From assembly GCA_963816185.1 (NCBI GenBank), contig CAWFJJ010000024.1, positions 160,001 through 224,000 on the forward strand: 64,000 nucleotides of DNA, in the 5' to 3' direction. The notes beneath the pieces were generated by a model. The model was not told the origin of the DNA. It did no database searches and worked only from the letters and a program-made list of their open reading frames with translations. Source of the stretch: Thermoanaerobaculia bacterium. Its GTDB lineage: Bacteria; Acidobacteriota; Thermoanaerobaculia; UBA5066. The position numbers were made by a program, and so were the translations under genes. Positions 58,732 to 64,000 of this stretch are shown here, one piece after another. The first letter of the stretch is position 1. The number at the start of each line of letters is the position of its first letter.

Positions 58732-59940
58732 ATGGGTTCGGCGCGGCAGCTCTTGCTCTGGGTCGTCATTGCGGCGGCTACATCGGCGCTGCTTGGGGGC
58801 GTTCTCTGGCGCGAACGAGGTCACGCTTCCGCGCGCTGGAGCACGCTTCCGATCGGGAGCGCGCGGGACGGGGCGGAGCTGTTCCAGAAGAAGGGCTGCG
58901 TTCACTGTCACGCCGTGAAGGGGCTCGGGGGCACGTCGGGCCCGGACCTCGGCTCCGCAGGCTCCTCTCGATCGCATCCCGACGAGCTCGTCGTCGCGAT
59001 GTGGAACCACGCCCCGCGCATGTGGAAGCGGATGCAGGAGGAGCGTCTCGACTATCCGACGCTCGACGACCAGGAAATGGCCGACGTCTTCGCCTACCTC
59101 TTCGTGGCGCGACATTTGGACGAGGCGGGAGACGCGGTGCGCGGCCAACAGCTCTACGAGACCAAGGGGTGCACCCGCTGCCATGCCCCCCGCGGATCCT
59201 CGGCCAGAGACACGGCTGGCGGGGGCCGAGCGCTCGGGAAGTCCTCTTCTCCCGTCGAATGGGCTCGGGCCATGTGGAACCACCCGCCTGTGACGGATGG
59301 CGGCAACGAGGCGCCTACGTTCGAGGGCCGCGAGATGAACGACCTGCTGGCATTCGTCCGGGGGGCGAGCGTCCCCGGCCCCGACCCGCTGCTTCTCGCC
59401 GCCGACCCCGAGCGCGGCTGGAAGATCTTTCGAGAGAGATCCTGCGTCGCCTGCCATTCAGTCAAGGATGAGACGGGGAAAGTCGGCCCGGAGCTGGGGC
59501 CCGGGCGCGAACTGCCCGCGACGATCGTGCAGCTCGCGGGCACCATGTGGAACCACTCGGAGGCGATGTCGCGCGCCATGAGGGAGCGGGGACTGGCACG
59601 CCCGACCTTCGACAGCCAGGAGATGGCGGACCTGGTCGCGTTCCTCTACGGCGTTCGCAACACCGAGCCGGGCGGCTCGCCCCGCCTCGGGGAGGTGCTC
59701 TACGCCGGACGAGGCTGCGACCGCTGCCACGGGGTGCGGGCGGAAGGGACCGAGCACGGCCCCGGCTTGAGAGGACGCGGAAAGCGGTTCACGTCGATCT
59801 CCTTCGCGGCGGCGCTCTGGCGACACGGCCACATCTACGGGCACGCCCGCGAGAAGGGCCAGAGCTGGCCCGAGCTCTCCGAGGGCGACGTCGGCGACCT
59901 GATCACGTTCCTGAACTCCTCGGCGACCGTGAGACCTTGA
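58732..59940 (+). CDS. Exported/membrane-anchored tetraheme cytochrome c (four tandem class I-like domains)
   Basis: N-terminal hydrophobic segment; CVHCH, CTRCH, CVACH, CDRCH, each followed by MWNH or LWRH. Confidence 0.88.
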   Translation: MGSARQLLLWVVIAAATSALLGGVLWRERGHASARWSTLPIGSARDGAELFQKKGCVHCHAVKGLGGTSGPDLGSAGSSRSHPDELVVAMWNHAPRMWKRMQEERLDYPTLDDQEMADVFAYLFVARHLDEAGDAVRGQQLYETKGCTRCHAPRGSSARDTAGGGRALGKSSSPVEWARAMWNHPPVTDGGNEAPTFEGREMNDLLAFVRGASVPGPDPLLLAADPERGWKIFRERSCVACHSVKDETGKVGPELGPGRELPATIVQLAGTMWNHSEAMSRAMRERGLARPTFDSQEMADLVAFLYGVRNTEPGGSPRLGEVLYAGRGCDRCHGVRAEGTEHGPGLRGRGKRFTSISFAAALWRHGHIYGHAREKGQSWPELSEGDVGDLITFLNSSATVRP

Positions 59941-59941
59941 A

Positions 59942-60490
59942 GTGGGAATTCAAGCGTCCGTCCGCAGGGAGTACCGCCTCGTCGTCGCGGGCTTCGCCGC
60001 GGCCTTCGTCCTGGCTGGCGGAGCGACGACGGCCCTCAGACTCGGAGGGCGCAACTCCTACTTCAGGCCGGCCGTGCGCCAGCCCATCGCCTTCAATCAC
60101 AAAAAGCACGTCTCGGAGCTCGACCTTGGCTGTACCACGTGCCACCTCACGGTCGAGACGGAGGCGTTCTCCGGCCTGCCGGACGCCGACGTGTGCGCCG
60201 GCTGCCACCTCGAACCGCAGGGGAAGAGCGAGGAGGAGAAGAGGCTCGTGGAGATGCTGAAGAAAGGGACCGCTCTGGCCTGGAAGCCGCTGTTCCGGCA
60301 GCCGGCGCACATCTTCTACTCCCACCGCCGCCACGTGGTCGCCGCGAAGCTCCAATGCCGCGTCTGCCACGGCGCGATCGCGGATACCGTCGCGCCTCCC
60401 GTGCGCGTGAGGCGCCTCGTGATGAATGACTGCGTTTCGTGCCACCGAAAGAACAGTGTGTCGACGGACTGCACGGTGTGTCACCGGTGA
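59942..60490 (+). CDS. Pentaheme cytochrome c (QrcA/ActA-like)
   Basis: TM anchor, QPIAFNHKKH, CTTCH, CAGCH, YSHRRH, CRVCH, CVSCH, CTVCH. Confidence 0.88.
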   Translation: MGIQASVRREYRLVVAGFAAAFVLAGGATTALRLGGRNSYFRPAVRQPIAFNHKKHVSELDLGCTTCHLTVETEAFSGLPDADVCAGCHLEPQGKSEEEKRLVEMLKKGTALAWKPLFRQPAHIFYSHRRHVVAAKLQCRVCHGAIADTVAPPVRVRRLVMNDCVSCHRKNSVSTDCTVCHR

Positions 60491-62928
60491 GAGAGCCGAC
60501 GGACCTCCCGACGGAACCCGAAGTGAAGGGAATGGAGCGGCGCCGGTTCATCGGCCTCGCCATCGGGGCCGCTGCCGGAACCGCCCTCGGTATCCCGGCG
60601 GGGAGCGTCTTCAGCGGGATCCTCGGCTCCGCCGAAAGCCCGATCTATCCGCCGAAGGGGCCGGAGCGGTTCGCGCTCTCCGTTTGCGCTCTCTGCCCCG
60701 GCGGCTGCGGCGTGCGCGTGAGGAAGATCGGCGAGCGCGCCGTCAAGCTGGAAGGCAATCCGCTGCATCCCGTCAACGCCGGACGGCTCTGCCCGAAAGG
60801 ACAGGCGGCGCTGCAGGGCCTTTACCACCCCGACCGCGTCCCCGGTCCGCTTCGACGGGTCGGGCCTCGCGGTTCCCTCCGCTCCTTCGAGCGTACGTCG
60901 TGGGAGAGCGCGCTCGGCGTGATCACGGCACGCCTCCGCTCGCTGCGGGACCGGAGGAGCCCGGAGTCTCTCGTGCTTCTCCGAAGCGGAATGGGCGGGA
61001 TCGGCGTCCGTGTCGCCCAGCGGTTCCTTTCTTCCTTCGGCTCGCCGAACGACGTGTCGCTCGACCGCGGCGAGGCGGCGGCATCCCTCGCCCTCTTCCT
61101 CGGGCAGGGAGTACGCGCGACTCCCGCTTACGACCTGCAGTCGACCGACTACGTGATCTCTCTCGGGGCCTCGCTCCTGGAAGCATCGAGCTCGCCCGTG
61201 CACACGACGCGCGCGTACGGCGAGTTCCGCCAGGGCCGGACGGGACGGCGCGGCAAGCTGGTCCAGGTCGAGCCGCGCCTCTCGCCGACGGCCGCTTCGG
61301 CGGACGAGTGGATCGCCGTCCGGCCCGGTACGGAGGGCATCTTCGCGCTCGGCGTCGCGGGCGTGATCGTCGCCGAGGGCCTCTACGACAAGGAATTCGT
61401 CCAGGAGCGAACGGCCGGCTTCGAGGAGGCGCGTGACGGGCGGCCGTCTTTGCGATCGCTGCTCGAGAGGCATTACGGCCTCGAGCGCGTCGCCTCCGAG
61501 ACGGGCATCTCGGTCAACGTGATCCTCCGTATCGCGCGCGAATTCGCCGCCGCGCGCAGCCGGCTTGCCGTCGGTCCGCGCCGGGGGCCGCTGCTGCCGG
61601 GCCGCCTCTTCGACCATCTCGCGGCGCAGGTCCTGAATGCGCTCGCGGGGAGCATCGACACGCCGGGAGGCGTCCTCGTGCCCGAAGAGGTGCCTCTCGC
61701 GAAGTGGCCGTCGCTCCCGCACGACCCGATCGCCGCGGCGGGCCGCGCGCAAGATCGGCTCGACGGCGACGGAACCGGCTCTCCGCTGGTCGCTTCCGAT
61801 CCGGAACGCCTCGCCGAGGCGATCCTGCAGGGAGTTCCCTACGCCGCCGACGTGGTGATGCTGGCCGGCGCGGATCCCCTCTATGCCTCGGCGGCTCCCG
61901 CGCGGCTCCTCGCCGCGCTCGAGCGCGTGCCGCTCGTCGTCTCGTTCAGCTCGATCGCAGACGACTCGGCGCTCCACGCCGACTGGATCCTGCCCGACGC
62001 GCACTTCCTCGAGCGCTGGGACCTCACCACGTCACCTCCCGGCGTCCCGTTTCCTGTCGCGAGCCTCGCGCAGCCGGCGGTGACAAAGTCGCGGCACGAC
62101 GTACGCCCCGTGACGGAGATTCTCCTCGACCTCGCGGCGCGGGTCGGGCCCGAGATGGCGGCCGCACTGCCGTGGAAGGACTTGCCGACGCTGATCCGGG
62201 CCGAGATGGACGGGCTCTACGGAGCGCGCCGCGGGGCCGTGATGGGTGAACCGTTCGACGAGGCCTGGGTACGGATGATGGAGGGCGCTGGATGGTGGGC
62301 GCCAGGCTACCAGTCGGCCGACGAGCTCTGGAAGAAAGCCGGAGAGTCGGGCGGCTGGTGGGATCCCTTCTACGACCATGGCGACTGGAAGCGAGTGCTC
62401 GCGACCAAGAGCGGCAGGTTCGATTTCCGCCCCGAGCTCCTTTCGCGCGTCGCGCGCGAGACGCCTGTCAGCGCCCCGGGAGAGCGCTCCGAACCGTCGA
62501 GCTCCCTCGCGCTCTACCTCTTCGAGCCGCTCCCGATCGCGGGAGGAACAGGAGCGGAGCTTCCGTTCCTCCCGGGGATCCTTGATCCCGGCCTCGAGGA
62601 GCGCTGGGAGACTTGGGCGGAGATCAACCCGGAGAGCGCGGCGCGGCTCGACATCGAGGACCGCGCCTGGATCCGCGTCGCGTCACCTCAAGGCGCGATC
62701 GTCGCCCGTGCGCGCGTCACGTCTCGCGTCGTGCCGGGCGTCGTCGCGATCCCGCTCGGCCTCGGAAAGCGCGCTGCGGGCCGCTGGGCCAGCGGGATCG
62801 GCGCGAATCCTCTCCAGCTCCTCTCGCCCGCACGCGACCCGCTGTGCGGCCTGCCCGATTTCGACGCGACGAAAGTCCAAGTCTCCGCTTATTCACCTCA
62901 TCGTCTCGTCGGGGAGAGGAGGGCGTAG
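60487..62928 (+). CDS. MopB/DMSO-reductase-fold subunit with Tat signal (QrcB/ActB1-like); alternative start at ATG 60532
   Basis: ERRRFIGLA, CALCPGGC..EGNPLHPVN..LCPKG, ADEW..RPGTEG, ADWILPDAHFLE, WAEINP. Confidence 0.88.
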   Translation: MREPTDLPTEPEVKGMERRRFIGLAIGAAAGTALGIPAGSVFSGILGSAESPIYPPKGPERFALSVCALCPGGCGVRVRKIGERAVKLEGNPLHPVNAGRLCPKGQAALQGLYHPDRVPGPLRRVGPRGSLRSFERTSWESALGVITARLRSLRDRRSPESLVLLRSGMGGIGVRVAQRFLSSFGSPNDVSLDRGEAAASLALFLGQGVRATPAYDLQSTDYVISLGASLLEASSSPVHTTRAYGEFRQGRTGRRGKLVQVEPRLSPTAASADEWIAVRPGTEGIFALGVAGVIVAEGLYDKEFVQERTAGFEEARDGRPSLRSLLERHYGLERVASETGISVNVILRIAREFAAARSRLAVGPRRGPLLPGRLFDHLAAQVLNALAGSIDTPGGVLVPEEVPLAKWPSLPHDPIAAAGRAQDRLDGDGTGSPLVASDPERLAEAILQGVPYAADVVMLAGADPLYASAAPARLLAALERVPLVVSFSSIADDSALHADWILPDAHFLERWDLTTSPPGVPFPVASLAQPAVTKSRHDVRPVTEILLDLAARVGPEMAAALPWKDLPTLIRAEMDGLYGARRGAVMGEPFDEAWVRMMEGAGWWAPGYQSADELWKKAGESGGWWDPFYDHGDWKRVLATKSGRFDFRPELLSRVARETPVSAPGERSEPSSSLALYLFEPLPIAGGTGAELPFLPGILDPGLEERWETWAEINPESAARLDIEDRAWIRVASPQGAIVARARVTSRVVPGVVAIPLGLGKRAAGRWASGIGANPLQLLSPARDPLCGLPDFDATKVQVSAYSPHRLVGERRA

Positions 62929-62931
62929 ACG

Positions 62932-63633
62932 ATGGCGCGCTGGGGAATGGTCATCGATCTCGACCGGTGTACTGCGTGCCAGGCCTGCGTCGTCGCCTGT
63001 CAGGTGGAGAACAACGTCGCGCCTCCGAGCGCCGGGCAGGCGACGAGAGGCCGCGCCATCTCGTGGCTGCGCCTCGTCCCGTTCAAGGAAAGCGAGCACG
63101 GGACGCGCCCCGGCCTCCGGCTGGTGCCGTTGCCCTGTATGCAATGCGACCGCCCCCCGTGCACGAAGGTCTGCCCCGTGCAGGCGACCCAGATCGACCG
63201 GGAAGGGCTCGTGGCCCAGGTTTACCCGCGCTGTATCGGCTGCCGGTACTGCACGACCGCTTGCCCGTACACCGTCCGACACTTCAACTGGGAGCGACCC
63301 GAGTGGCCGGAGCCGATGGCGGAAGGTCTGAATCCAGACGTCTCCGTCCGGCCTCGCGGCGTGGTGGAGAAGTGCAGCTTCTGCCATCACCGGCTCCAGC
63401 GCGCCAAGGACAAGGCGGCCGCCGAGAGCCGGCCGCTCAGGGACGGCGATTACGTGCCGGCCTGCGTCGAGACCTGCCCCGCGGGCGCGATGGTCTTCGG
63501 GGACCTCGACGATCCGCGGAGCGCGGTGGTGCGGCTTTCCGAGAGTCCACGGGCGTTTCGGCTTCTCGAGGAGCTGGGCACTCGGCCGAAGGTGATCTAC
63601 CTGTCGAAAGGGGAATCCGGTGGAAGAGTCTGA
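62932..63633 (+). CDS. 4Fe-4S dicluster electron-transfer subunit (QrcC/NrfC/ActB2-like)
   Basis: CTACQACVVAC, CMQCDRPPCTKVCP, CIGCRYCTTACPY, RGVVEKCSFC..PACVETCP. Confidence 0.92.
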   Translation: MARWGMVIDLDRCTACQACVVACQVENNVAPPSAGQATRGRAISWLRLVPFKESEHGTRPGLRLVPLPCMQCDRPPCTKVCPVQATQIDREGLVAQVYPRCIGCRYCTTACPYTVRHFNWERPEWPEPMAEGLNPDVSVRPRGVVEKCSFCHHRLQRAKDKAAAESRPLRDGDYVPACVETCPAGAMVFGDLDDPRSAVVRLSESPRAFRLLEELGTRPKVIYLSKGESGGRV

Positions 63634-64000
63634 ACGGCGCGCCGAGGCCGGACTCGGCACGGACGCGCACCTGCTGCTCCCGATGTCGCGGACGGGGCCC
63701 CGCTTCTGGCTCCTCGTGGGAGGCCTCCTTGCGATCGCGTGCTGGGGGCTCTTCGCGTGGTCCACGCAGCTCCGCCGGGGCCTGTTCGTCACGGGCCTGA
63801 ACGTGCCTGTCTACTGGGGCCTCTACATCACGAACTTCGTCTTCTTCATCGGAATCAGCCACGCAGGGACGCTCATCTCGGCCATCCTCCGCCTGGCTCA
63901 CGCCGAATGGCGCCGGCCCATCACGCGCGCGGCCGAGGTCATCACGGTCCTGGTGCTCTTCTTCGGCCTGGGGTGCGTCATCCTGGACCTGGGCCGACCG
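63620..64000 (+). CDS. NrfD/PsrC family membrane subunit (ActC/QrcD-like), truncated by the window end
   Basis: Open frame from GTG 63620: WGLYITNFVFFIGISHAGTLISAILRL..WRRPITRAAE..LDLGRP. Confidence 0.9.
   Translation, partial: MEESERRAEAGLGTDAHLLLPMSRTGPRFWLLVGGLLAIACWGLFAWSTQLRRGLFVTGLNVPVYWGLYITNFVFFIGISHAGTLISAILRLAHAEWRRPITRAAEVITVLVLFFGLGCVILDLGRP

Overview
High-GC bacterial chromosome segment, probably Acidobacteriota (Thermoanaerobaculia-like; inferred mainly from the Zn-ribbon insertion in RpoB and the gene order). It is mostly housekeeping: pyrE, dxs, tlyA, nadK, tamB/tamA, ribBA, Moco genes (mobA, moaC, moaA, mog, mobB), SpoIID and NamZ, serA, ddl, rlpA, purB, arcA-argF, an FHA-GAF adenylate cyclase, coaE, folD, rplM-rpsI-rpsB-tsf-pyrH-frr-ispD-ispF-rlmB, five tRNAs and secE-nusG-rplKAJL-rpoBC. 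It ends in a Qrc/alternative-complex-III-like respiratory operon. The first ~24 kb carry many single-base frameshifts that look like long-read consensus errors; the remainder is nearly clean. I found no transposase, integrase, phage gene or CRISPR array. The most unusual signals lie below gene level. (1) About 14 copies of a polar motif, YYTTC(G/T/A)AAGAAATCYCC with a pyrimidine-rich tail, often in back-to-back pairs, mark most of the AT-rich patches and coincide with low-complexity insertions in proteins. (2) The last 9 codons of ribBA occur twice, 80 bp apart and fully synonymously recoded, around a G-tract hairpin repeat that also occurs at the folD 3' end and in the tRNA cluster. (3) The tRNA cluster is reordered and lacks tuf/rpmG. 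(4) Three genes appear to start at CTG in CTGA overlaps, and many genes have apparently leaderless -10 promoters.
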